Source: Hemiscyllium ocellatum
Lineage: Eukaryota
Assembly (NCBI RefSeq): GCF_020745735.1
Contig: NC_083435.1
Coordinates: 11,005,201-11,069,200, forward strand
Direction: 5' to 3'
Length of the DNA: 64,000 nucleotides
The notes under the pieces are model-generated. The model was not told where the DNA came from, did no database searches, and saw only the letters and a program-made list of their open reading frames with translations. The translations under genes and the position numbers were made by a program. Below, piece by piece: positions 25,453-36,434 of the stretch; the stretch's first letter is position 1; each line of letters starts with the position of its first letter.

Positions 25453-25458
25453 TTTATT
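25453..25458 (-). terminator. Putative polyA signal (AATAAA) of gene B
   Basis: About 760 nt after the stop. Positionally conserved in the unit C paralog (55031-55036). Alternatives exist, e.g. 25125-25130. Confidence 0.5.
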
Positions 25459-25880
25459 TTCCTGGACAATATTTACAGACCTGAGCAAACTTAGTTAATT
25501 TTCTCCCTATTATTAAATCATGTATGGGATACGGATTACTGCAACATGGAGAAAGTTTGAAATCTCTTTGACATTTTTATTATGATTACAAGGAACAAAT
25601 CCAATTAACAGAAACAAGATACAACACTCAGTGGTCAAGGCAGCGCAAGAACGAGACGAGCTCCCTGCCTGATCCAAACTGAAGAGTTGAATATCACAGC
25701 AGTTCTCCTCCCAGCTCCCCTCCCCTCCTCCCGAAAGTAAATCTCAGCTCTGCACCATGAAAATGAGAATTCGGGAAGTGTGCGGGACTGCTGCTCCTGC
25801 AGGAATAACTCTCATTTCTGCAAATTTATAGTTAACAGGACGATCGTTTCTCCACATATTATTCTCTCTCCGCCTTGCGA

Positions 25881-25975
25881 TGAAATGATTTGGTCTCCCC
25901 CCTGGAAAGACTCCACTGACCCTGCAGTGAAATGATTTAGTGTCCCCCCTGGAAAGACTCCCCTGAGCCCAGTCT
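25881..25975. repeat. 47-bp tandem duplication in the gene B 3'UTR (also at about 55530-55615)
   Basis: TGAAATGATTT.GT.TCCCCCCTGGAAAGACTC occurs twice in both paralogs. Confidence 0.85.
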
Positions 25976-26216
25976 GAGACCCACTGACTGATTCATCTCC
26001 AACACCATCATGTAGCGCCACCTCCCGCCTGTGGAGCAACATTACAGGCAGGAAGGTCCCCGGGTTCCTGCAGCTCACAGCTCATTCTACCCAGTCAGTC
26101 CCTCTCTACAATTGAGCTTCTATTTGTTTCTTCTCTCCCCCAGACTGAGACCGACCCCCATCAGTTTACAGCTGTCAGGAGGCAGGGGGATGGGGTGAAA
26201 TTATGGGATGGATCTG

Positions 26217-26767
26217 TCAGTGCCCTTTAATCCCGCAGATTGTCAGCGGGGCGGAGTTTTTCCCGCCGTCATTCCATCCCGGATTGAAGATGGGAAAGAG
26301 CCTCTCAGTGAAAGTGTGGGTGAAAGTGTGGAGATGGGACATGGTGTCCGCATTGTAAAATGACACCTGTCCACCTTCATAGTCCAGGAAAACCCCGATC
26401 TTCCGGGGATTCACACTCGGGGAGAGGGGGGTCCGTGAGGGGGAGGTGGCGGCTAAATAACCGCATCCGGGATACAGCTCCACAATCCAGAATCCAGTCT
26501 CCGGGCTCGGGGTGATCCACCCTTTCCTCTTCACTGACTCTCGGGCCACTCCCAGAAACCACTCAGTCTTCTCCCCCACCTCCACCTCCCAGTAATGTCT
26601 CCCTGATGTGAATCCCTCTGATCCCAGATCACAGAGCCAGAAATCAAATCTCTCCGGGGAGTCAGGGAGCGGCTGCAGTTTGTCTCCGAGTCTCACACTG
26701 GTCCGGTCCTCAGACAGGATGAGCAGGGGATGCGCTGTGTTCGGATCCAGAGTCAGAGAGGCTGGAG
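26217..26767 (-). CDS. BTN-like gene B, terminal B30.2 (PRY-SPRY) exon
   Basis: Acceptor ctctcccccag at 26768. (A)[21 protein letters not shown]...RFD...[21 protein letters not shown]...[17 protein letters not shown]...FT..LFP.F, TGA at 26217-26219. Confidence 0.95.
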
Positions 26768-28439
26768 CTGGGGGAGAGATCAAATAATAGTCAGAGAGAG
26801 GGAGAGGGGAGGAAGGGGAGGGTAGAGGAGCCGGGTCTCCCGGGATCAGCGGCCCAGTATAGGGCGTGGTGAGTGGGAGCAGCCAGCGATCAGATCACGG
26901 AAAGGTCATCCCCCTACCCACCCCAAGCTCCACCTCACCTCCGCTGGTCTGCTGCAGGAAAGTCGTCGGTTGGAAAGTGGTCTTTGTCTTTTTCAACTCT
27001 GCTGCTTATTTTCTGACCTAAGGTTACGCTGCGTATAGCTGTAACGTAATTTTTTCTCCCTTCATCTCTATTCTGTTCTTTAGGGTTGTACCTAACATGG
27101 CGCTGTAATTGGCAATTTAGACATTTTCCAACCCAGAGATTGCTGGAAAAACTCAGCGGGTCTGGCAGCATCTGTGGGGAGAAATCAGCGTTACCATTTT
27201 GGGTGGAGTGACCCTTCCTCAGAATTCACCCTACCCGAGACTATTCCTCAAACTTTTCACGGTACTCATTTGAGCACCCAATAAAGCTAATCCAATTCAA
27301 GGGAAACAGGGAGGGAGAAGAGAGGGACAAGAAGCGGGAAGTGGGAAAATGGGGATCAGGAAGGGGAGGGAGAAGGAAATGTGGGGAAAGAAAGAATGGG
27401 AAGGGGTGAAAGAAAGAGTGGGATGAGGAGAGTGGTTTGGGCGCTTTAAAGCGGGAAGGAAGTGCTGGAAGGGGTTTGGCGGGATACAGGATGAGAGGGG
27501 TAAATATTCCTTGCTGTATTTTTATGGCATCTCCCTGACCAACCAGGATCTGGTCTGAGAATAAAGATTGACAGTTGTTGCTGCATCTCCACATCAAAGA
27601 TGGCTGAACGAATTAGCAACTTCCTCTCATGCTTTATAAAATGGGGTCTCTTTTTATCAGTCTGTAGTTATTCGTTTCATATTAATTCACAGGATGAGGG
27701 TGTCACTGGCCAGTCCAGCATTTATTGCCTGTCCATCATTGCCCAGAGGGCAGTTAAGAGTCAGCAACATTGCTGAGAATCTGGAGTCACATGCAGGCCA
27801 CACACAGGGTAAAAATTGTAGTTTCCTTCCTTCAAGGGCATCAGTGAATCAGTTGGCATTATTCCTGACAATTGGCATCTGTTTCATGGTCATCATTAGA
27901 CTCTTAGTTCCAGACTTTTAATTGAAACCAAATGGATCCATCCGCCATGGTAGGATTTGAACCCTGGTCCCCAGATCATTACTTGGTTCTTTAGATTAAT
28001 TGTCTGGGCATTGTTTCTCCATGTTGCTGAACCCAAATCCAAGATAAACTGAATTCCAATTCCACCAGTGCAGTTTGAGATTTTGAGAAATAATTTTTTA
28101 AAAAATTAGTGGAATAAAGATGTGATGTCCGCAAAAGTGACTGACGACAGTCAAATTGTCTTAAACCCCTGAGGAGGTCATGTGGTACAGTGAGTAACCT
28201 CACTGTCTCTGGTCCAGAAACTTCAGATTCAAGTTCCACTTCACAACTTGTGTCTGTGGAGTTTCTGTCATAACGTGGTCAAACAGATTGATAAGCCATC
28301 TTGTAAATCCTTCTGATAAGCCAAATGGCACAGGTAGGGGTAGCAGAGATTCCTGGTCAGGGTGTTGAAGATAGACAGCCAGTCCATGTGCTACTACACA
28401 GATACAAACACACACAGTCTGCTGCACTGAGAATTTTAC

Positions 28440-28466
28440 CTGCATAACTCTGTATCCTGTTCCACT
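28440..28466 (-). CDS. BTN-like gene B, 27-nt pre-B30.2 exon (E)WNRIQSYA
   Basis: ttaactttgcag|AGTGGAACAGGATACAGAGTTATGCAG|gtaaaa. Equivalent to the W-containing 27-nt exon that precedes B30.2 in mammalian BTNs. Confidence 0.85.
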
Positions 28467-28755
28467 CTGCAAAGTTAACATAAAAAGAGCAATAAGATTA
28501 ATCATACATAACACTCTCAAATGGAACAGCAGTGAAGGTACATTGTGATTTACAGTGAGCTAAGAACTTGAGGGTGAGTCACAGTGGGGAGCCATGAGCT
28601 TTACCTTGACAATGTGTAAAGACACACACACAAAGCTTTGGATTAAGTAAAGGTAGAGTGTAGCATAACATTGATGTTCACACCCTGCTTTTCTATTTGG
28701 TCAGTATGGGAAATTTCAATCTCAGAGTAAGGAAGTTTTGGGAATAATCTCTTAC

Positions 28756-28782
28756 CTAACTTCTGCTGAAGTTTCTCAAGTT
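28756..28782 (-). CDS. BTN-like gene B, 27-nt mini-exon (E)LEKLQQKL
   Basis: gtttttctctttag|AACTTGAGAAACTTCAGCAGAAGTTAG|gtaaga. Coiled-coil-like peptide. Confidence 0.85.
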   Translation of the reverse strand, partial: NLRNFSRS

Positions 28783-29355
28783 CTAAAGAGAAAAACAGAT
28801 TAGAGTGAGAATTCTCATAAGGGAAGCAAGGTAATTCATATCTTATATTAATTATACCAGGAATGTCACTGAAATACCAAGCATTATTTGATTAGAGATT
28901 TTTGAGGGGAAATGGAGTTAAGAAAATGTGTTTTTTTATAAAAAATGGTGATATATGCAATCCATTATTAAGGGAAAAGATAAGATAGATGCAGGAAGCT
29001 TGTTACCCTCACAGGTGCAATTCAAGTTAGGGGGCATAACATCAAAATAGAGAGGGAGCAGATTTCAGACTGATAGAAGGAGGAAATTCTTCACCCAAAA
29101 GATTGTGAAACTGTGGAATTCCCTCCCAAGTGAAGCAGCTGAAGATACCTCACTAAATGTTTTTAAAGCAAAGATAGGTTGATGTTTGGACAGTCAATGA
29201 ATTAAGGGTTACGCTGAGGGGGTGGGTAAGTGGAACCAAGTCCACAAAGAGATCAGCTATGATCTTATTGAATGGTGAAGTAGGCCTATGGGCTAGGTGG
29301 CTTACTCCTGCTCCTATTTCTTATGTTTTTACATATCCAGTGTGGCATTTCTCAC

Positions 29356-29376
29356 CTGTCAGATAATACATTATGT
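29356..29376 (-). CDS. Candidate 21-nt mini-exon of gene B, (D)IMYYLT
   Basis: gtgtaatatag|ACATAATGTATTATCTGACAG|gtgaga. Good donor, phase 1-1 and frame-preserving, but a weak acceptor and no paralog in the window. Confidence 0.35.
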
Positions 29377-30960
29377 CTATATTACACAACAGCATATATT
29401 TATAATTTTTTTTCTCTTAAAAATCACAAAATCATTCATACGCATATTATGAATAAAAATGTGACAGAGCTACACAGTGAGATGTTAGGTCAGGAGATCA
29501 AAGTTTTTTCAAAGAGATAGGTTTTTAAGGAGTGTTTTTAAGGGGGAAAGTGAGATGGGGGTGGGGGAGTAGGGTTTGGAATGGAGGCACCTGACACTGC
29601 ACCTCCAAATGAAGGAGCAACTATAATTGGGGTGTGCTAGAGGACACAATTAGAGGGGCACAGATAACTTGCAGGGTTGAAGGGCTGTAGGAGTTACAGA
29701 GTAGTGAAGGTAAGGACATGAAGGGATTGGAGAACTGGGTGAGAAATTAAGAAATGAGACATGGTTTAACTGGCAGCCAATGTAGGTCAGCAAGCAGGAG
29801 AGTGGGAATTGGAATGAGTGAAGACACAGGCAGCAGAGGGTCAGGTGGCCTCAAGTTTACAGGTTAGAATGTGGGAGCCGAGTCAGAAAGTGTTGAATTA
29901 GAGAAAACTGCTGTAAGGAATGCATTGTTGCATTCAGTGAGGTAGGTATTCCTCACATCAGAATGTTAGAAGGTTACAAATAATCAGAAGATACTGAAAT
30001 ATTATCGACATTATTTGGTTACTTGTACAATTGTGAAAAGTATTGTTGTGAAAGCAACTGGTTCACAAACACTTGCCCCAATAAAAGAAAAGAGGTGTGA
30101 TTCACTCAGTTACAGGGAGGAGGAGTAGTATGTGTTAATCTGAAGGTTATCTGGAGAGAAATTGACTATTCCAATTTATACACTGTCTTGACAGTCTCCT
30201 ATAAATTCAGATTCTCAATCCCAACTCACTGGCAGTTCTGAAACCCATCTTTCTCATTCATGGCTCTGATGGGGAGAAAGTTCCACACTCATAAGATTGT
30301 GAATCTTCCGAATTCTTTACCTTCTTCAATCCAAAATACAGAAAAATAAAAATGTAGAATCTTTATATGGGATAGTGCAGGGAAGGTAATCCATCATGAT
30401 CAGACTGAACAGTGAAACAGTTCAAGCCAAGTGGTTGATTCTTGCTCCTGGTTGTAATTGTCTTCTGCACATCATTTTTGACAAAATATATTCGGACATC
30501 CTCAGAATGAGAAAGGTGCTATAGGTATGTCAATTATTGACATGTGAAAATCTTTAACCTATTCATCAATATTCTTCTTTTCCAAATAATTATTTAATTG
30601 CTTTTCAAAGAACATTTTTGGCCCTGTAAAAAAATCTTCTAAGAAGAAATTGTTTCTTGCCTTGCTCTCAACTCTTTGGGATGCCGTGGAGTAATTTACA
30701 TGAATAAGGAAGAGCTCAAGGAATACGGGCCAAATGTAAGCAAATCAGTCTAGTTTACTTTGGGAAAATTAGTCAGCATCAATGAGTTCGACCAAAGTAT
30801 GGTTCCGTGTCTGTATGACGAAGACAGTCACTTTGTTATCCATTATATCACTAGCCTCAGGATGACAGTTTCAGAAATGTTCTTCTCTCAGATACATTTC
30901 CACATCACTGATTTTCCCATTCGCCTCACATCCAGCACTCGGTTACTAAGGGTTACTCAC

Positions 30961-30987
30961 CAGTTGCATCCAGCAGTCTTTGACGTT
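30961..30987 (-). CDS. BTN-like gene B, 27-nt mini-exon (E)RQRLLDAT
   Basis: ctgttacag|AACGTCAAAGACTGCTGGATGCAACTG|gtgagt. Paralog of 1309-1335. Confidence 0.8.
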
Positions 30988-31779
30988 CTGTAACAGGTCA
31001 AAAGAAAACATTAAATCAACAGCAGTGCTTTACGTCTCACACTGAACCCTATCCCATTCCCAGAGTAGCATGTACCTCCCAAATCACATTGTCCACTCTC
31101 ACTGACACTAAAAAGAGTCTGAAAAGGAGAAGGTTCAGAGAGAGGGAGAGGAGGAAGGGAAGGAGGAAAGAAGGAAGAACAGAAAAGGAATGGGTGTTTG
31201 GGAGAGGGGAAAGGAGGAGGGGAGAAGGACGGATGAGGGAGAGGAAAAGGATGAAGGAGAGGACTTGCACAATTGCAATTAGAAGAAAGCTGCATGGAGA
31301 AGGGGTGGGGGAGAAAGAGAGAGGGCATTGTGTGAGAATGAGAGAGGTGAGAGAAACAGATGAGAAAGGGTGGGGGGAGGGAGTAAAGGGTAAGAGAGAT
31401 AGGGGAAAGAAAAGAGAAATACTGAGCGGGAAGAGAAAAAGTGAAGAGGGAAAAGAGAGAAGGGAAGAAAGAGAGGGCACAGCAGGTGAGAATGAAGGGA
31501 TAAAATAGAAGGAAGAGAGCAGGAGAAATACGTGGAGAAAGAGTTTGGGGAGAGAGAGCACAGGTGGAAGGGGGAGAAGTGGAGGAGAGCACAACAGAGT
31601 AGAAAGAAACAGGAGACAAATGGGAGAGAATGCTACCTACCAGACCAGACTCCTCAACCCCATACAAAGTATTGTAAAAAGATAGCAGAGACACTCACAT
31701 TTATAATTATTTTACAGTTAGAGCAAGACACTGTATTTCAGATGTGATTTGATTGGTCCACTACTACGTTTTAATCAAA

Positions 31780-32395
31780 TAACTAGGCGAAAGCACATCC
31801 AAATGCCTCATCTACTGTCTCCATTGCTCTTGACATGGTCTCCTCTACATTGGGGAGACAGGACACCAACTTGTGTAAATCTTTAGAGACTTCTCTGGGA
31901 CGCACACACCAAACAACCCCACCTCCCTCTAGGCGACCACTTCAACTCTCCCTTCCACTTGGCCAAGGACATGAAAGTCCTGGGCCACCTACACTGCCAA
32001 ATCCTAGCCCCTCAATGCCTGGAGGAAGAATGACTCATTGTCCTCATGGCACCCTGCAACTGCACATGATTAATGTGAATTTCACCAATTTCCTCATCTC
32101 CCCTCCCCCAACCTTATTCCAAATCCAACCCTCCAACTCGGCCCTGCCCTCTTAAACTGTCCAATCATCTGCTCCACACTCCGATCCGACCTATCACCTT
32201 CCTCCCTCCCCTTCATCCACCTATCACATTCCTCACAACCTTCCCACCTTCCCCCGCTCCAGCCCCAGCCCCTCCCATTTATCTCTCAGCCCTCTTTGCC
32301 CCGCCCCGATGATGGGCTTATGCCTGAAACATCAACCCTCCTGCTCCTCGGATGCTGTCTGACTGGCTGTGATTTTCCAGCACTGCCCATCTTGA
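31780..32395 (+). mobile_element. Decayed Penelope-like 3' fragment
   Basis: Similar to the GIY-YIG C-terminus and terminal repeat of the 61.2-62 kb element, with a degenerate HHR near 32305-32335. Confidence 0.75.
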
Positions 32396-32497
32396 CTTTA
32401 ATCAAAAAAACCCTCTTGGCACAGAAACAGGAAAGGTCAGGACAAGAATCAGTGTAACATCAGCACATGTCCCATAGACTGAAGAAACATCACCCAC

Positions 32498-32524
32498 CAA
32501 GATTATCTTCAGATTTCCTGAGGC
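32498..32524 (-). CDS. BTN-like gene B, 27-nt mini-exon (G)LRKSEDNL
   Basis: ttttcttttccag|GCCTCAGGAAATCTGAAGATAATCTTG|gtgggt. Paralog of 3875-3901. Confidence 0.85.
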
Positions 32525-32708
32525 CTGGAAAAGAAAATCAAATAAATTAGTCAGTCCAATGGTCACCACGACCTCGGGAGAAACAATCAGAACAGACTGT
32601 GATGAAAGAGCTCCTCACTACACTGTTCATTACACACCTCACAAAAGATAAACTCTTATTTCCCTGAAATACTAAGTCTCTCTCTCCCTCTCTCTCTCTT
32701 ACTCTCTC

Positions 32709-32710
<2 letters not shown>

Positions 32711-32770
<60 letters not shown>
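32711..32770 (+). repeat. (CTAT)n microsatellite, about 15 units
   Basis: Directly visible. Confidence 0.95.
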
Positions 32771-32859
32771 CATGGCTTCTGTCTGACCTGTGGAGTATTT
32801 CCAACACTGTTTTAGTTTCTTTTAAGAAATTATTAAATTTGGTATCTGATTACTTAGAG

Positions 32860-34290
32860 AGTCATAGAGTTACAGAGATGTACAGCATGAAAACAGACCG
32901 TTCAGTCCAACCTGTCCACGACGACCAGATATCCCAACCCAATCTAGTCCCACCTGCCAGCACCTGGCCCATATCCCTCCAATCCCTTCCTATTCATATA
33001 CCCATCCAGATGCCTTATAAATGTTGCAATTGTAACAGCCTCCACCACTTCCTCTGGCAGCTCATCCCATACACGTACCACTCTCGGCGTGAAGCAATTG
33101 CCCCTTAGGTTTCTTTTATGTCTTTCCTCTCTCACTCTAACCTATGGTCTCTACTTCTGGACTCCCCAACCCCAGGGAAAAGACCTTGTCTATTTATGCT
33201 ATCCATGCCCCTCATGATTTTATAAACCTCTATGAGGTCACCCCTCAGCCTCCGACTCTCCAGGGAAAACAGCCCCAGGCTATTCAATCTCTCCCTATAG
33301 CTCAAATCTTCCAATCCTGGCAACATCCTTGTAACTCTTTTCTGAACCCATTCAAGTTTTGCAATATCTTTCCGATAGGAAGGAGACCAGAATTGCATGC
33401 AATATTCCAACAGTGGCCTAACCAATATCCTGTACAGCCACAAGATGACCTCCCGACTCCTGTACTCAATACTCTGACCAATAAAGGAAAGCATACCAAA
33501 CGCCTTTCTCACTTTCCTATCTACCTGTGACTCCACTTTCAAGGAGTTATGAGCTTGCACTCAAAGGTGTCTGTTCAGAAACACCCCCTAGGACCTTACC
33601 ATTATGTGTATAAGTCCTGCTAAGATTTGCTTTCCCAAAATGCAGCACCTTATGTTTATCTAAATTAAACTCCATCTGCCACTTCTCAGCCCATCAGCCC
33701 ATCTGATCAAGATTCCATTGTAATCTGAGATAATCCTCTTCGCTGTGCACTACACCTCCAATTTTGGTGTCATCTGCAAACTTACTAACTGTGCCTCTTA
33801 TGCTCACATCCAAATCATTTAAATGAATGACAAAAAGGAGTGGACCCAGCATCAATCCTTGTGGCACTCCACTGGTCACAGGCCTCCAATCTGAAAAACA
33901 ACGCTCCACCACCACTCTCTGTCCTCTACCTTTGAGTCAGTTCTGTATCCAAATGGCTAGTTCTGCCTGTATTCCATAAGATCTAATTATGCTAATCAGT
34001 CTCACATGAGGAACCTTGTCAAACGCCTTACTGAGGGCCATATAGATCACACCTACCACTGTGCCATCATCAATCTTCCTTGTTCCTTCTTCAAAAAGCT
34101 CAATCAAGTTTGTAAGACATGATTTCTCATGCACTAAGCCATGTTGACTATCACTAATCAGTCCTTGCCTTTCCTAATACATATACGTTCTGTCACTCAG
34201 GAATCCCTCCAACAACCTGCCCATACCGACATCAGTCTCTTTGGTCTATAGTTCCCTGGTTTGTCCTTACCACCTTTCTTAAACAGTGGC
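32860..34290 (-). mobile_element. CR1-like LINE 3' part
   Basis: ORFs 33132-33560, 33694-33915 and 33937-34134 with GVPQG/FADD motifs. Tail at left. Confidence 0.9.
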
Positions 34291-34322
34291 ACTTCTTGAA
34301 AAACGTTCTCAGAGTCTGTCAC

Positions 34323-34442
34323 CTTGAATCTTATTCAGTAATTTCCGATGGTACCACACTGCGAGAGTGACTGCTGCAACAACCAGAGCAAACAGGATCC
34401 AGAACGCTGTCACCCATCGGGAAACATGGGGGAAGAAGGAAT
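34323..34442 (-). CDS. BTN-like gene B, transmembrane exon (D)SFFPHVSRWVTAFWILFALVVAAVTLAVWYHRKLLNKIQ
   Basis: 120 nt, caatacag / G|GTGACA, hydrophobic helix plus basic tail. Confidence 0.9.
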
Positions 34443-35314
34443 CTGTATTGAGAGAGAGAGAGAGGAAGGGGTGAGAGAGAAATGGGAGGATGGGGTCGTG
34501 GTGGTGGTGGGGCGGAGAGAGAGAGAGAGAGAAAGAGAGAAAGAGTCAGAGCAATTAGGGAAATAGCAAGATTGAAGAGGAAAGGGTGCAAGTAAGTGGG
34601 GGCAAGGTGGAGGGGGAGGAGGGAGAAGGAGTCAGTGAGAGAAAGAGAGAGAGAAGGGGAATGGGGATAGCAAAGGAGAGAGAGGCGCCAGTGAAGAGGG
34701 AAAGGGGGCAGTGAGAAGAGACAGTGAGAAAGCGAGCCATTCAGTTGTTTGAAGTAACACAAACTCATTGTCACATCCCATACCCAGATTCAATCACCCC
34801 TCTCCCTCCATCAGCCCCTCTCCCGCCATTACTCATCTCCCTCTCCCAAACTTTAACTCCATTATCTCCCTCTTCCAACCTCAGTTCCACTAGCTCTCTC
34901 TCCTTCCATCACCCAATCTCTGTCCATTACCTCAATTCTTATTTGCAAACCCAAATCTACCCACTTACTCCCCTCTTCCACCACATTCTCTGCCTCCCCC
35001 AATCTGTATCACCAGCTCACCTTCTCCCTCCATCACATCCTCTCCTTCTCCCTCCATTACTTTCTCCTTCACAGCCTCTCACTCTCCCTCAATCTCCATC
35101 ACTCCCTCCTTCCCTGAGAAATGTCTTTTGTCGCCAGGAGGGGCAAGTTGTAGCCGTGAGAGGTTTATTTTTGCCGCTTGTCTCTGACCAGGGCCAAAAG
35201 GAACCTATTTCAAACAGTGTTTCCTCCAGATTTTATATTTCTCTACAATCTGATTCAAGTCCTGTCCCCCAGCCTGGTGAGTATCTGGGAATGTCTCCTC
35301 CCACCATGACAGAC

Positions 35315-35599
35315 CTGCGATCTGGATGTGAGCCTCCTGTGTCTCCTTCAGGATCACATTGTTAATGACACAACTGTACTTGTTGGGGGACTGCTTGAGG
35401 ATCACGATGGAGCTGCTGACAGTGAACAGCCCCTGAGGGTCCGGCTGGTACGTTGTTTGCTGCTGGGCTGTCACGTTCACACCACCTCCGTCTACCCACA
35501 GGACAGTCGGCTGTGGGTACCACCCTTCGGATGTGCAACCCAGTCTGATGCCATCACCCGTTTGGCCCTCTATCTCGATCCTGGGCTGGCGGCCTGTAC
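35315..35599 (-). CDS. BTN-like gene B, IgC exon
   Basis: 285 nt, gtgattgcag / G|GTCTGT. LGCTSEGWYPQP..LW...GLFTVSSS...YSCVI. Confidence 0.95.
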
Positions 35600-36387
35600 C
35601 TGCAATCACAGAGACATCAGGAAGGGGAGTAGGCCGCAAAACCTGTCATGGCCTCCCTGCACCACTCGGTCAGATTGCAGTTGACGTGTACTTTCACAAT
35701 TCCTTCACGCAGGGTAACCAGAGTTCGATCACAATCTGTCAGGGCAAGGAGGGAGAAAGAAACCCTACTCAGAGAGATGAGAGAGGAACAGTCCAGACAG
35801 GAATTCCTCATTAATTGAATTATTCACCAGGCAAGTTTCCACCAACAGGAATTGTTTCTGAACATTCAAAATGGTTCCATGCCGTTTTTAAGAAATGAAC
35901 ATTTTAAAGTTCATAAACACCGTTTAACAGACCAAAAAGTTTTGCTTTCATTTAAGAAACCGAGGTCTTGCTGTTAAAGTAGAGATGAAAACATATTTTC
36001 TCCCCAAGCACTGTTTACCTGTAGTCTATGGAATTGTATTCCTCAGATTTAAAAAACCCTGAGAATATTGTGTCCAGTTCTGGAATCCACATTTACCGTG
36101 AATGTGATTTCAGTGGAGAGGGAGAAGGACAGAATTTTTTTTGGAGAGTTAAATTTGTGAAGAGAGATTGGATAAACTGGGGAACAGAATAGAAATTGCT
36201 GGAATAACTCATCAGAGCTGGCACCAACTGTGGGAAGAAAGGAGTGTTACCCATTCACATCTGGTGACTCTTCATCAGAAGTTCGGAAAAACTAGTATTT
36301 ATGGTGAAGAAGAGAAAGAGAGAGAGAGAGAGATGAAAGAGATGGGTAAACAAGGAGATTATGGATAACAGGCCAGGACAAAAGAAA

Positions 36388-36434
36388 GCTGCAAATGTGT
36401 TGCTGGTCAAAGCACAGCAGGTTAGGCAGCATCT
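36388..36434 (-). mobile_element. 47-bp Penelope terminal fragment with 14-bp TSD CAGGACAAAAGAAA
   Basis: TSD at 36374-36387 / 36435-36448. Identical to the start of 61205-61255. Absent from the adjacent tandem copy near 36800. Confidence 0.8.

Noticed and set aside
26939-27000. Donor-like GAG|GTGAGG with an open frame upstream of the B30.2 exon
   Set aside because: No good acceptor, the sequence looks repeat-derived, and the 28440-28466 exon already supplies the canonical junction.
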